Positions 37,646 through 46,281 of a stretch of 64,000 nucleotides of DNA are shown in pieces. The stretch spans positions 18,938 to 82,937 of IMG/VR virus record IMGVR_UViG_2870609773_000001. One strand, 5' to 3'. Numbering within the stretch: position 1 is the first letter of the stretch; each line of letters opens with the position of its first letter. The notes beneath the pieces were generated by a model. It was not told the origin of the DNA. It worked only from the letters and a program-made list of their open reading frames with translations, and ran no database searches. A program made the position numbers and the translations under genes. The stretch comes from a virus. Taxonomy: Duplodnaviria > Caudoviricetes.

Positions 37646-37712
37646 GGGGGGCTCCTCAGGGGGTCGGGGTGGGTGTAGGTCTGGTCCGGCAGGAGAGCCG
37701 GACCAGAGGGGG

Positions 37713-38327
37713 TCAATCGCGGGCGTGAGCCTTGATGGCAGGCAGCACCGAGGTACGGAACCAGGCGGTCGCCTCGAACCCGCCCGAGCAGAGATCGATC
37801 AGCCGCTCGTAGCCCGAGTGGACTTCTCCCGTGAACTCGTTCTTCCACAGCCAGCGGACGCCGCGCTCGTCGAGCCACTGGCCCAGTTTGGCGACGAGTC
37901 GGGCGTGCAGGTCGCCGCAGCCTTCACCGTCGTCGCCCTTGTACCCGTAGGCGGTGTCGAACGAGATCTCCAGCCAGCACGCCGGACGGTGCCCGGAGCC
38001 GTCGCACGGCCCGTCCTCGGGGTCGTACCACGAGACACCCGGCATGTTGCAGATGTCTTCATCGTGGGCTGCCGCCTGCGCGGCGGATCGGTACGGCGCG
38101 GAGGGCCGGTAGTGCATATCCAACAGGGCGCATAACCCCTGGCCGGGCGCATTCCAGATCCACCACGGGTTGCCGGGCTCCACGAAGCGCTCGCCATCCC
38201 GGTAGGTCTTCGTCTGCTCGTTGGTGAAGCGGGTGTTCTCGGTCGCCCCGATGAGCTGGTTGCACTTCAGCCAGACGTCCTTGTAGGCGATCTCGTCGAG
38301 GACGTAGACGCGGGTGTCGAGGGTCAC
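37713..38327 (-). CDS. Hypothetical protein (204 aa)
   Basis: GTG with AAGGAG RBS. Confidence 0.7.
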   Translation of the reverse strand: MTLDTRVYVLDEIAYKDVWLKCNQLIGATENTRFTNEQTKTYRDGERFVEPGNPWWIWNAPGQGLCALLDMHYRPSAPYRSAAQAAAHDEDICNMPGVSWYDPEDGPCDGSGHRPACWLEISFDTAYGYKGDDGEGCGDLHARLVAKLGQWLDERGVRWLWKNEFTGEVHSGYERLIDLCSGGFEATAWFRTSVLPAIKAHARD

Positions 38328-38392
38328 GGTCGACTCCTTGCTCGTTGAGGGTCTTGGGTGTGGCCGGAGAGGTGTCCCTCTCGGGCCGGAGG

Positions 38393-38836
38393 TCAGCGAT
38401 CCATCGGCAGGGCGTTGCCTGCCGTCATCTGGGCGTACTCCTCGGCCGTCTGGCCTGCCTCTGCCAGTCGCTTGCGGAAGACCGGGTCGTGAGTGGCCTC
38501 GCACGTCAGCACGGCCACCTCAACGTCGCGGGGCAGATGGTGGACGTAGGCGTTCTCTCGCTTCAGGCAGTCCCAGCACCAGCCGCGCGAGGAGATCTGG
38601 TGCATGCCGCCGCCGTGCGTGCCGGGCAGCCACCAGTAGGGCGAGGCGCCACAGTAGGACACCACGTAGACGTCGTCTGCCATCACGTCGATGCTGCGGC
38701 CCAGCATGCTGGCGACGTGAAGCACGTCCGGCAGAGACATCTCCCGCTCAACGCGGAGGAACGGCAGGGCGCCGCCGTCACCTCCAAGTCCTGTTCGTTC
38801 GCGCAACTGGTAGTTAGCTTGCGTGGCCATGAGCAT
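38393..38836 (-). CDS. Hypothetical protein
   Basis: AGGAG RBS; fills spacer-bounded slot. Confidence 0.65.
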   Translation of the reverse strand: MLMATQANYQLRERTGLGGDGGALPFLRVEREMSLPDVLHVASMLGRSIDVMADDVYVVSYCGASPYWWLPGTHGGGMHQISSRGWCWDCLKRENAYVHHLPRDVEVAVLTCEATHDPVFRKRLAEAGQTAEEYAQMTAGNALPMDR

Positions 38837-38918
38837 CAGGTCTCCTACGTCAGGGGCGGGCTTTCAAGATCGGCGGTGAGGGGTGGCCCGAGAGGTGTCC
38901 CTCTCGGACCGGAGGGCG

Positions 38919-39086
38919 TCAGGTGTCGTCGGGTTCATAGCGCTCCCACGTCTGGCCGCCGTCGTAGCTGACCATGACGGTGCCGTCGTGGGTCTTGGCG
39001 TACGCGAGCGCGCCAGCGAGGCTCAGGTCGAACCCTGTCCCGCGACCGCGCACGTCCACGTCGTAGATGGGCTCACGCTCGGTCAT
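38919..39086 (-). CDS. Small hypothetical protein
   Basis: AGGAG RBS; VSYDGGQTW motif. Confidence 0.55.
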   Translation of the reverse strand: MTEREPIYDVDVRGRGTGFDLSLAGALAYAKTHDGTVMVSYDGGQTWERYEPDDT

Positions 39087-39088
39087 GG

Positions 39089-39571
39089 TCAGGACTCCTT
39101 TGTCTTGCCGTAGGTGCCGTTGACGGGCTCGCCCACGGCGTGGAGCCAGAAGCCTTCGCCGTGCTCGTCCACGTGGCGGGCGCCGATCTTCCAGCCGCTG
39201 AGGCGGGCGATCTCGTCCCACTTCCACAACTGCGCCGAGGATGACCAGCCCTGCTCGGGCTTGTTGACCGCCCAGGGCCGACCGCGCTCGTCGATGCGGA
39301 TCAGGACGTCCGCGGTGAACGAGCGCAACTCGGTGGGCTCAGCATTGAAGATCGGGCAGGTGTCGCATCGGTTCTCGTTAATGCAGGCGGCGAAGCCGGG
39401 CCAGGAGGCGCGGCGCGTGTCCTGCGACTCGTACAACTTGCCGTAGGAGCGGGGCCGGAGAGCGCAGTGGGCCGCGTCCTGGCCCATGTGGGCGTTGAGG
39501 GAGAGCCGGTTCCAGCCGCGACCGTCAGGGCCGCCGGGCCTGCAGGCGGGCGGTTCGAGGTAGATCGGCAT
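39089..39571 (-). CDS. Conserved hypothetical protein (Cys-containing)
   Basis: GAGGAG RBS; GWNRL..NAH...CALRP.SY motif. Confidence 0.7.
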   Translation of the reverse strand: MPIYLEPPACRPGGPDGRGWNRLSLNAHMGQDAAHCALRPRSYGKLYESQDTRRASWPGFAACINENRCDTCPIFNAEPTELRSFTADVLIRIDERGRPWAVNKPEQGWSSSAQLWKWDEIARLSGWKIGARHVDEHGEGFWLHAVGEPVNGTYGKTKES

Positions 39572-39668
39572 CTCTTCTCCTCGGGCGGGGACAGGTCGGT
39601 CAAGATCAGTCGTTCAAGATCGTTCAGGGAGAGGGGTGGTGGCCCCCTCTCGGGCGCCTCGGGGTCGG

Positions 39669-40193
39669 TCAGGCGCAGTAGGGGCGGGCGTCCAGGTAGG
39701 TGGCGTTCTTGCGGGTGATCGACTGGCCGTCCTCCAGCACGAGCGTCACCTGCCGGTAGCGGATCTGGCCGGTGGCGCGAAGCTTGGCCAGGTTGATGTG
39801 CTTGACGACCTCGACGATGCGCAGCCACGGCCCGCGCGGGGTGAGGCGGACGTGCCAGCCCTCGCGCACCGCGCCGGCCTGCCAGTCACCCTCGCGGCCG
39901 GGGCCGACATAGCGCAGGTCCTCGAACTCGCCCACCCGCCCGGACAGGCGGTCGGCGAGGTAGCGGGCGTTGTCCCATATGTGGTTGTTCGGGTTCAGGT
40001 CGCGGCGGTCGTTGGTGCCGTGGTCGGCGACGAACACGCCGTCGCGGCGCTCGACGAACACCCAGACGGGGCCGGAGAACGTGTTCGTCTCGGCTCGCTC
40101 GCGCAGCCGGGCGCCCTCCAGTTCGGGCAGGTCCATGATGCGCTCGACGGTGAGGGTGTGGCCGGTCAGCTTGGTCGCGATCGTGGCGGTCAT
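39669..40193 (-). CDS. Hypothetical protein
   Basis: GGAGG RBS; 174 aa. Confidence 0.65.
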   Translation of the reverse strand: MTATIATKLTGHTLTVERIMDLPELEGARLRERAETNTFSGPVWVFVERRDGVFVADHGTNDRRDLNPNNHIWDNARYLADRLSGRVGEFEDLRYVGPGREGDWQAGAVREGWHVRLTPRGPWLRIVEVVKHINLAKLRATGQIRYRQVTLVLEDGQSITRKNATYLDARPYCA

Positions 40194-40277
40194 CTCATCC
40201 TCCGTGGCGGGTGGTCTGCTCAGGTCGTTCAAGATCGTTCAGGGAGAGGTGTGGCCCCCTTCCGGGGGCCCTGAGGT

Positions 40278-40547
40278 CTAGCCGGCGATCCAGATGAGGT
40301 GCTTGGCCTGTCCGCCGATCTCCACCGCCGCCGCCCTGTCCTGCTCAGTGAGCGTCTTCTGGTTCGACTCGGGGGCGATGCACACGTCCTCCAGGCGCTC
40401 CATCAGGCGGAGGGTGGTGTCCACCTGGGGGCGGGTCCAGCGGGTGAGGTGCTGGCGGATCTCGGTGAGGCTCGTCCACCGGCCGGGCGTTGCGTTGGCG
40501 GTGATGTAGCTGGCGATCACGGCCTCGGTGTCGGTGAAGGTGACCAT
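40278..40547 (-). CDS. Conserved actinophage winged-helix-like small protein
   Basis: GRWTSLTEIRQHL...VCIAPESNQKTLT..DRAAAVEIGGQAKHLI motif. Confidence 0.7.
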   Translation of the reverse strand: MVTFTDTEAVIASYITANATPGRWTSLTEIRQHLTRWTRPQVDTTLRLMERLEDVCIAPESNQKTLTEQDRAAAVEIGGQAKHLIWIAG

Positions 40548-40588
40548 CTCTCGTTCTCCCTGGTGTCTCGCCCCTTGCTGATGTCTCT

Positions 40589-40645
40589 AATGTAGCCACA
40601 CTGTAGCCACAGCACAAGACCTGTGAGAGACTTTTTGTGGCTACA
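40589..40645. promoter_or_regulatory. Divergent promoter/operator: TGTAGCCACA x2 direct + 1 inverted
   Basis: Repeats at 40591, 40602 and inverted 40636; minus-strand TTGTGC-17bp-TACATT promoter overlaps the direct pair. Confidence 0.75.
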
Positions 40646-40659
40646 AAGGAGGCACGCAT

Positions 40660-40860
40660 ATGGCGAACAAGGCGCCTACAGGGCTCAGGCGTTTCCGCAC
40701 CACCGATGAGCTGTGGGAACGCTTCGGCGAAGCGGTCGAACGAGGTCCCGACCCTGAAGCTGACATGTCCAAGGTCCTGCGTGCCTTCGTCCGGTGGTAC
40801 GTCGGGGAGCCCGGCGCCAAACTGCCCGAACGTCCGCAGATCGCTGGCGATTCGGAGTAG
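40660..40860 (+). CDS. Ribbon-helix-helix (Arc/CopG-like) repressor
   Basis: RRFRTTDELWERF...MSKVLRAFVRWYVG; AAGGAGG RBS. Confidence 0.8.
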   Translation: MANKAPTGLRRFRTTDELWERFGEAVERGPDPEADMSKVLRAFVRWYVGEPGAKLPERPQIAGDSE

Positions 40861-40864
40861 CCGT

Positions 40865-41044
40865 TCACCGCTTCTCCCAGCGGACGATCAGCTCCTCGTC
40901 TGTGGCGACGACTTCAGCGGCGTCCTCGCCGAGAGCCTGGCGGGCCATCGCCACCAGGTCCGTCAGGTCTCCCCACACGCACGGGAGCGGCAGCGTGTAC
41001 TCGATCCAGGTCTTCGTCACCTGGCGGTGAGAGACCCGGGTCAC
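40865..41044 (-). CDS. Small hypothetical protein
   Basis: GTGA overlap; IEYTLPLP motif. Confidence 0.5.
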   Translation of the reverse strand: MTRVSHRQVTKTWIEYTLPLPCVWGDLTDLVAMARQALGEDAAEVVATDEELIVRWEKR

Positions 41045-41277
41045 TGGGACGTCTCCCCCGTCTGCTGGGAGGCGAGACGGCGGTTCGCTCTCCAGACCGT
41101 CCATGCCGGCCCGATCCGGGTCCTTGCCCGTCCTGACGCCAGCAGGCGAGCACCGGAATACGCCTGCCAGGTCCACGGACCCGAACCGATCACCTCGAAG
41201 TCAATACCGGGTTGCGTCGGCAGGGGCGCGGCAGGGGCCCATGCGCGGCTGTCGCACTGCTGCACACGTGGCTTCAT
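41041..41277 (-). CDS. Small hypothetical protein
   Basis: GAGGA RBS region; WTWQAY motif. Confidence 0.45.
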   Translation of the reverse strand: MKPRVQQCDSRAWAPAAPLPTQPGIDFEVIGSGPWTWQAYSGARLLASGRARTRIGPAWTVWRANRRLASQQTGETSQ

Positions 41278-41394
41278 CGTTCGATTCCTCTCTCGAACAT
41301 GGATCTTGTAGCACAGTCTCTCGATCTTGCTTCGATCTGGAGTTCGTCTCGCGGGGCTGTAGATGCCCTACAGCCCCGCGAGACGGGGCGGCTG

Positions 41395-41697
41395 CTACAC
41401 GGAGACCCGAGACGGCTCTACGCCCGCCGTAGCGGCCTTCTGGGACTCGCTACGGCCATCACCGTCCGAGCCGTCCCCTACCGGAAGCGCCAGAGCCGCC
41501 TGATCGAACTCCCCAGCGCGGACTCCGGCCGTGAACGCAGCCCACTCGACGGCCGTGAAAACGAGCTGCCCTGCCCCCGGATCCTTGCCGTCCCGTACCG
41601 CCACTCCACCGTCAGGGAGGGGAGCCACCTCCACACAGGTGGCGGCGCCGTTGCAGAAGGAGGACCTACGCCAGGCAGCGCTCGCGATGTCGGTCAT
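41395..41697 (-). CDS. DUF397 domain protein
   Basis: WRRSSFCNGAATCVEVA...VAVRDGKDP...LVFTAVEWAAFTAGVRAGEF. Confidence 0.9.
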   Translation of the reverse strand: MTDIASAAWRRSSFCNGAATCVEVAPLPDGGVAVRDGKDPGAGQLVFTAVEWAAFTAGVRAGEFDQAALALPVGDGSDGDGRSESQKAATAGVEPSRVSV

Positions 41698-41799
41698 TCG
41701 TCCTCCGTCGTCGATGAGGTGTTCCCATCGTCCGCAGAGTCGTCAGCGACCGCGCGGTCCGCGAGGGCGAGCGTCTTCAGCCACCAGGCGTGCGCAGAG

Positions 41800-42678
41800 T
41801 CAGCCATGGAGAGCCACCTCCTGCGGGAACTCGCGGACCCGGAGATCCGCCGGCCAGTACGACCAGTCACCGCCCTTGGAGTCGCCGTGAGCGCGAACCG
41901 TCTTCCCACCCACCGTCCGGTCGGACGCCCACACGGAGCCCATTTGCTTGACGAAGACGGCGACATCCCCGTCCTTGCACTGCTCGACCAGCGACCGCGC
42001 CCACCACGGCTCCATCGGCCTCGCGCCGGGGCCGGACTCTCCGCCGACGATCACCCAGTCAATTCCGCTGTGCCAGTACGGCTCCTCCAGCGCGGTGGCG
42101 GGAAGGTTGACCTCGCTCACCAGCGGCTCGCACGACAGGAACCGCACGGCAGCCGGAGTCTGGATTAGGGCAGGGACGCGGATCTCGGCCCACTTCTGAT
42201 CCTCGACACTGACGCCCAACCAAACGTTCGGCAGCGGCCACTCCGGGATGGGGCGGTCTGGCCCACTCAGGTCCATGACGCTCTCGTGGAGGTACATCGA
42301 GGACCGCCACGCGACGTTGTTCAGCAGCGACCGCATCCGGCCGTGCCGCTTCGTGAGGAGCTGGTAGGTGTGCTGCGGGGTCAACGCCATCACAGCGAAG
42401 ACACGAGCAATGAACTCATCCGGCACCTTCTCGTGGAACAGGTCGGACATGGAGTTGACGAAGATCCGGCGCGGCTTGCGCCACTTCAGCGGCTGGTCCA
42501 GCCGCTCCGGACGCAGAACCACGTCGAAGCCTTGCTCGAAGTGATGTCCGGGTGTGCCGCGCCACCGCTCGGCGAACGTCTCGGCGTAGCAGTTGTCGCA
42601 GCCCGGCGACACCTTCGTGCACCCGGTGACGGGATTCCATGTGGCATCCGTCCACTCGATCTTGCTCTGGTCGCTCAT
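41800..42678 (-). CDS. DUF5131 (phage gp37/gp68, radical-SAM-like) protein
   Basis: SKIEWTDATWNPVTGCTKVSPGCDNCYA...IFVNSMSDLFH...WVIVGGESG. Confidence 0.92.
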   Translation of the reverse strand: MSDQSKIEWTDATWNPVTGCTKVSPGCDNCYAETFAERWRGTPGHHFEQGFDVVLRPERLDQPLKWRKPRRIFVNSMSDLFHEKVPDEFIARVFAVMALTPQHTYQLLTKRHGRMRSLLNNVAWRSSMYLHESVMDLSGPDRPIPEWPLPNVWLGVSVEDQKWAEIRVPALIQTPAAVRFLSCEPLVSEVNLPATALEEPYWHSGIDWVIVGGESGPGARPMEPWWARSLVEQCKDGDVAVFVKQMGSVWASDRTVGGKTVRAHGDSKGGDWSYWPADLRVREFPQEVALHG

Positions 42679-43076
42679 CGGGAGAACACCTCGCCCCCGT
42701 GCCCCTCGCCGCGGGTCGCCCACCAGATGTCGTGCAACTCCTGGCGGCACAGAGCGCACCACTCGCCCTGGCTGGAGTCACCGCCGCATTCCCGGCACCG
42801 CTGGGCAGGCAGGGAACTGATCCCCTGCTCGCCCTCGGTGGCCGCCTTCACGCACACCGGGCACATGCCCTCGGGCAGGCTCCCGGCCGCGATCTCGTCC
42901 AGGACGTCGCGCGGCGTGCTCTCGGCTACGACGGCCATCCTCCGGCAGCCGGTGACGGTCAGCACTCCATGGTCGGGCACCGCGCCGAAGAACGCCGGGA
43001 ACGCGTGCCTCAGGTTCAGGTCAGCGTTGGCGTACGGGCTGAACGGGTTCGGGGCGATCTTGGTGGTGTCACCCAT
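42675..43076 (-). CDS. Zn-finger hypothetical protein
   Basis: CPVC and CREC...CALC. Confidence 0.6.
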   Translation of the reverse strand: MGDTTKIAPNPFSPYANADLNLRHAFPAFFGAVPDHGVLTVTGCRRMAVVAESTPRDVLDEIAAGSLPEGMCPVCVKAATEGEQGISSLPAQRCRECGGDSSQGEWCALCRQELHDIWWATRGEGHGGEVFSR

Positions 43077-43497
43077 GGTTGGTCTCCAGGAGGTCTACGC
43101 CGTCGAGGGCGCGGATGGTCGGGCACGGGTACGGGTTGGCGCAGAAGCACTGGCCCGGCTTGTACGGGATCTCGGCGTGGAGCTGGCGGACGCGATCGAT
43201 GGCGTTGCGCGCTTCGTTGCAGGCGTCCGAAGTGGCCTTGAGGCGGGCGCGCAGGTCATCGCGGTCCCCCTTGATGGCCTGGAGTTCGTCGTCGCAGGCA
43301 GCCGCAAGGCTCGCGCACGCCTCACGCCAGCCTCGGGCCGCGTTGGCGACCACAGCGGACCGGATTGCGTCGCCGTGCGCTGCCGCGAGCGCCACAGCGT
43401 GGAGGGCGTCGGGGTAGTCGGTCAGGAGCCAGTACAGGACGCTCTCGGCGTCCTCACGGTCGGCGGCCGTCGTCTCGATCTTGGCGGTGTCAGCCAT
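43069..43497 (-). CDS. Coiled-coil hypothetical protein
   Basis: AIDRVRQLH...C...YPCPTIRALD motif. Confidence 0.65.
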   Translation of the reverse strand: MADTAKIETTAADREDAESVLYWLLTDYPDALHAVALAAAHGDAIRSAVVANAARGWREACASLAAACDDELQAIKGDRDDLRARLKATSDACNEARNAIDRVRQLHAEIPYKPGQCFCANPYPCPTIRALDGVDLLETNHG

Positions 43498-43771
43498 TCG
43501 AGGTCTCCTCACCGCTCGCGACCGGCAGGGCGAACTCCCGCTTGCTCAGCTCACCGGCGACCGGCAGGCCGGTCACCTCGGACAGCACCTGGCACATCGT
43601 CGTGGCCCGCTCGAACGACACTCCGTCTCCGAGCCGGTGAGCCTTTCTCTGTCCGTCCTTCAGGTAGACGACGACGGCCTGCCAGCCCTCCTGGTAGTGG
43701 TCGAACCAGCCCAGGTACGGCTTGTCGAGGTCGATGACGGTCGTCTCGATCGTGGTCTTGGTGTCAGCCAT
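43490..43771 (-). CDS. Hypothetical protein
   Basis: GAGGAG RBS; coupled. Confidence 0.55.
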   Translation of the reverse strand: MADTKTTIETTVIDLDKPYLGWFDHYQEGWQAVVVYLKDGQRKAHRLGDGVSFERATTMCQVLSEVTGLPVAGELSKREFALPVASGEETSNG

Positions 43772-43967
43772 GGTTGGTCTCCTCGGTGATCTCTGGGGTA
43801 GGTCGGTCAGGCGGTCCAGGGACGGGATCGGCAGGGGGCGGGTCAGAGAGCAGCCGGTCCAGCAGGCCGATCAGGTCCCGCAGCGGATTCGCCAACACTT
43901 CATCGCGGGAGGGGTGAAGACGCTCTGCTTCGAGGGCCTCCACCCGGGCCGCCAGATCGGGGCTCAC
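43764..43967 (-). CDS. Hypothetical protein
   Basis: GTGA overlap. Confidence 0.45.
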   Translation of the reverse strand: MSPDLAARVEALEAERLHPSRDEVLANPLRDLIGLLDRLLSDPPPADPVPGPPDRPTPEITEETNHG

Positions 43968-44236
43968 CAGGGGCCGTCCTTCTGGTTGTGCCGCGTCGGG
44001 CGAGGCAGGTTCGGGAGCTCGGCCCGTAACCGGCGCGGCGTCATGTCGCGGCGGCGAAGGTGCGCGGCCACCTCGGGACGGCAGGTGGGGCACGGGACGG
44101 CGTCGTCAGTGTCGTCGCGGTCCACCCAGCCGTTGGTGCAGCCGACATGCGTGCACTGGCAGGAGTTCCAGGGGCAGGGCTTGTACTCGTCGCGGATGTC
44201 TTGGGCCTGCTGAGGGTCTGGCGGGAAGCGCGTCAC
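43964..44236 (-). CDS. Zn-finger hypothetical protein
   Basis: C.CTHVGC..GW...CPTC. Confidence 0.6.
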   Translation of the reverse strand: MTRFPPDPQQAQDIRDEYKPCPWNSCQCTHVGCTNGWVDRDDTDDAVPCPTCRPEVAAHLRRRDMTPRRLRAELPNLPRPTRHNQKDGPW

Positions 44237-44862
44237 GATGGCCTCCGGCGGTCCGGACCGGTGAGTGGCACGAGCGTGCACATCTCGGCGAGGCGGGAGG
44301 CGCTGCGCTCCCCCACATGCTCGGCGAGCGAGCGTGGCGGCAGGTTCGATGTGACGATCAGCGGCAAGCAGCGGGAGTATCGCTCGTCGATGACCTCGTA
44401 GAGCTTCTCCTGCGTCCACTCGGACGGCTTCTCGGCGCCGATGTCGTCGATGAACAGGAGGCGGGCGTTCTGGCAGTCCTCGACGACCAGCCGGGCATCG
44501 TTGACTCCAGGCCTGAGCTGATCAAGCAGCGCCGTGGCGCGAACGGTGTGCACCGTGGGCCCGAAGCGGATCGTGTCCCACGTGTCGTAGCGGGCGGCTC
44601 GCGGAACGGTCTCCGTGTTGCGGCACCACTCCGCCAGAGCGGTGAATCCGAGGTGGGTCTTGCCCGTCCCGACAGGACCCGTCAGGTACAGCCCGCCGGC
44701 ACGGCGGCCAGCTTTCGCCCAGGCCCGGACTTCCTCGGGGATCGGGATCTCAGCCTGGAAGCGCGGCGGGACGTAACCGCGGACGGCTTGTTCGAGCTGC
44801 CAGCGCTTGTATTCGTCCGGGTCGCTGTGGGGCCCGAACTCGGGGGTGTCACCAGCCTGCAC
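44233..44862 (-). CDS. DnaC/IstB-like ATPase (helicase loader)
   Basis: GPVGTGKT Walker A, LFIDDIGAEKPSEW, IVTSNL, SRLAEM. Confidence 0.9.
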   Translation of the reverse strand: MQAGDTPEFGPHSDPDEYKRWQLEQAVRGYVPPRFQAEIPIPEEVRAWAKAGRRAGGLYLTGPVGTGKTHLGFTALAEWCRNTETVPRAARYDTWDTIRFGPTVHTVRATALLDQLRPGVNDARLVVEDCQNARLLFIDDIGAEKPSEWTQEKLYEVIDERYSRCLPLIVTSNLPPRSLAEHVGERSASRLAEMCTLVPLTGPDRRRPS

Positions 44863-45847
44863 GGTATTCCTCCTCGGTGAATTGCTGTGGGGTTGAGCCG
44901 GGGGACGGCGCGTCGTTTCGGACAAGAGCCAGTCGCGGGGCGGGCTCGTCGAGCCAGCACTCTTTGTTCAGCCACGTGGCCGGGTTTTTGATGTAGCCGC
45001 GCAACACGTGGGGGTCGGTGTCGGCGTAGAGCTTCGCTGCGTCGAAGAGGATCTGGACGTCTTCGACCTTCGCGGCGGCCTTGTTGAACGCCTTGACGGC
45101 GGCGGCGCGTTCCTTGCGGAGGGGGTAGGCGGCGTACCACTCGGCGAAGCGCGGGTGCTCCTTGGTGGCCTGCCGGGTCGGCTTTCCCCCCGCACCCCCC
45201 TTGGTTGTTGAGGGTTTTTGTTCTTCTTCTTTAGAAGAAGAACTGTTGTTAACACATATAGCGCGGACAATCTGGCCACTGGTCAATCTGTCCTGTGGAT
45301 CTGAGCTGGGGTTTTGTCGTGGCGCATCATCGCCTACCGGACAATCTGGCCAGAGGTCAATCTGACCACCGGTCAATCTGTCCGGTAGGCCGTCTGAGCA
45401 TTCCCCCTGGTCGGGCCCAGCGGACAGATTGACCGGTGGGCAATCTGTCCGCTGGGAGGCGGCCCCAGCGGACAGATTGTCCTGTGGACCAGAGCTGCGG
45501 AAATCTCTACTGGCCAATCCGCCCGAGAGGTCCATGCCAGGGTTCAGCCGGCACCGATCCGGAAGCCGGTGGCCCTTGTCGTCGAAGCGCTTGAGACGCG
45601 CCACGAACCCGTCCTGCTCCAACTGTTCGAGCTGACGGCGCACCGTCCGCGACGAAAGCATCGCCTCCACCGCCACCTCCTCCTGGCTGGCCTCGCACTC
45701 CCACGCCTCATCCACCAGGCGCGCGAGACACAGCAGCGTGATTCGCGCGCCGGGGTTGTTGGCGACCGGCTGGGCCCACGCCCAGTCGATCGCCGCCTGG
45801 TTCAGTCCTGCTGGCGACGGGCCTGCAGATCGTTCGTCGTCGGTCAC
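44849..45847 (-). CDS. Phage replication initiator (N-terminal HTH, conserved C-terminal FxEWYxxYP...YIKNPATWLN domain)
   Basis: Motifs, internal repeats, adjacency to loader. Confidence 0.88.
   Translation of the reverse strand: MTDDERSAGPSPAGLNQAAIDWAWAQPVANNPGARITLLCLARLVDEAWECEASQEEVAVEAMLSSRTVRRQLEQLEQDGFVARLKRFDDKGHRLPDRCRLNPGMDLSGGLASRDFRSSGPQDNLSAGAASQRTDCPPVNLSAGPDQGECSDGLPDRLTGGQIDLWPDCPVGDDAPRQNPSSDPQDRLTSGQIVRAICVNNSSSSKEEEQKPSTTKGGAGGKPTRQATKEHPRFAEWYAAYPLRKERAAAVKAFNKAAAKVEDVQILFDAAKLYADTDPHVLRGYIKNPATWLNKECWLDEPAPRLALVRNDAPSPGSTPQQFTEEEYRAGW
45221..45482. other. Putative replication origin (iterons + AT-rich tract) inside initiator gene
   Basis: Eight copies of GG(A/T/G)CAATCTG(T/G/A)CC in both orientations (45265, 45281, 45339, 45355, 45371, 45422, 45438, 45470) next to AT-rich 45221-45260. 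Confidence 0.75.
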
Positions 45848-45955
45848 GTAGAGCGGCTCTCTCTCAGGTGATGCTCGGGATGGGGCTACGAGAGATGGGC
45901 CGGTCTTCGGGGTGTCGCCACTTCGGTCCCCCTGGTCACTCAGTTGTTCGGATTC

Positions 45956-46013
45956 AGTATATGCCTACGCCACATGTGGCGTAGGCCGATATGCCACATG
46001 GCCTATGTGCCAT
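45956..46013. promoter_or_regulatory. Divergent promoter/operator with perfect 24-bp palindrome
   Basis: GCCTACGCCACATGTGGCGTAGGC (45963-45986); second imperfect palindrome 45991-46013; minus-strand TATACT -10 at 45956-45961. Confidence 0.7.
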
Positions 46014-46048
46014 CATGGAGATAGGCCAACGCGTGAGACCATGAAGGG

Positions 46049-46276
46049 GTGTCGGATCCGATGGGTGATGTAGTCGCCGCGCGCAAGGCATACGAGAAGG
46101 CTCAAGATGACGCCCGCGAGCTCGTCAGACAGGCACGCATCGATCTCGGCCGGACGATCGCCGAAGCGCGCCGGCAGAGCATCACCCAGGACGCGATCGC
46201 GGAAACCCTGGAGTTGACCCGCGAGCAGGTCCGGCGTTTCCAGCGCGAGTACGAGAACAGCGTCAACCAAGGCTGA
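46049..46276 (+). CDS. Small HTH regulator
   Basis: ITQDAIAETLELTREQVRRF HTH. Confidence 0.8.
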   Translation: MSDPMGDVVAARKAYEKAQDDARELVRQARIDLGRTIAEARRQSITQDAIAETLELTREQVRRFQREYENSVNQG

Positions 46277-46281
46277 GGCCC

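Larger units (their letters stand above)
37681..40270 (-). repeat. Family of intergenic hairpin/direct-repeat elements in five consecutive spacers
   Basis: Identical 26-bp GTCGTTCAAGATCGTTCAGGGAGAGG at 39609 and 40224; 30/32-identical hairpin at 38361 and 38884; TTCAAGATCG at 38863; hairpin 37681-37706. Confidence 0.8.

Noticed and set aside
37681-40270. Possible CRISPR-like array
   Set aside because: Repeats are not uniform, spacers are whole genes of 170-620 bp, and no cas genes are present
41290-41345. GATCTTG/GATCTGG direct repeats resembling the array motif
   Set aside because: Only 7 bp, opposite orientation and no hairpin; could be chance
45850-45960. Possible tRNA in intergenic regions
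   Set aside because: No cloverleaf, T-loop (GTTCRA) context or acceptor stem recognised by eye here or in other spacers; a tRNAscan run would settle it
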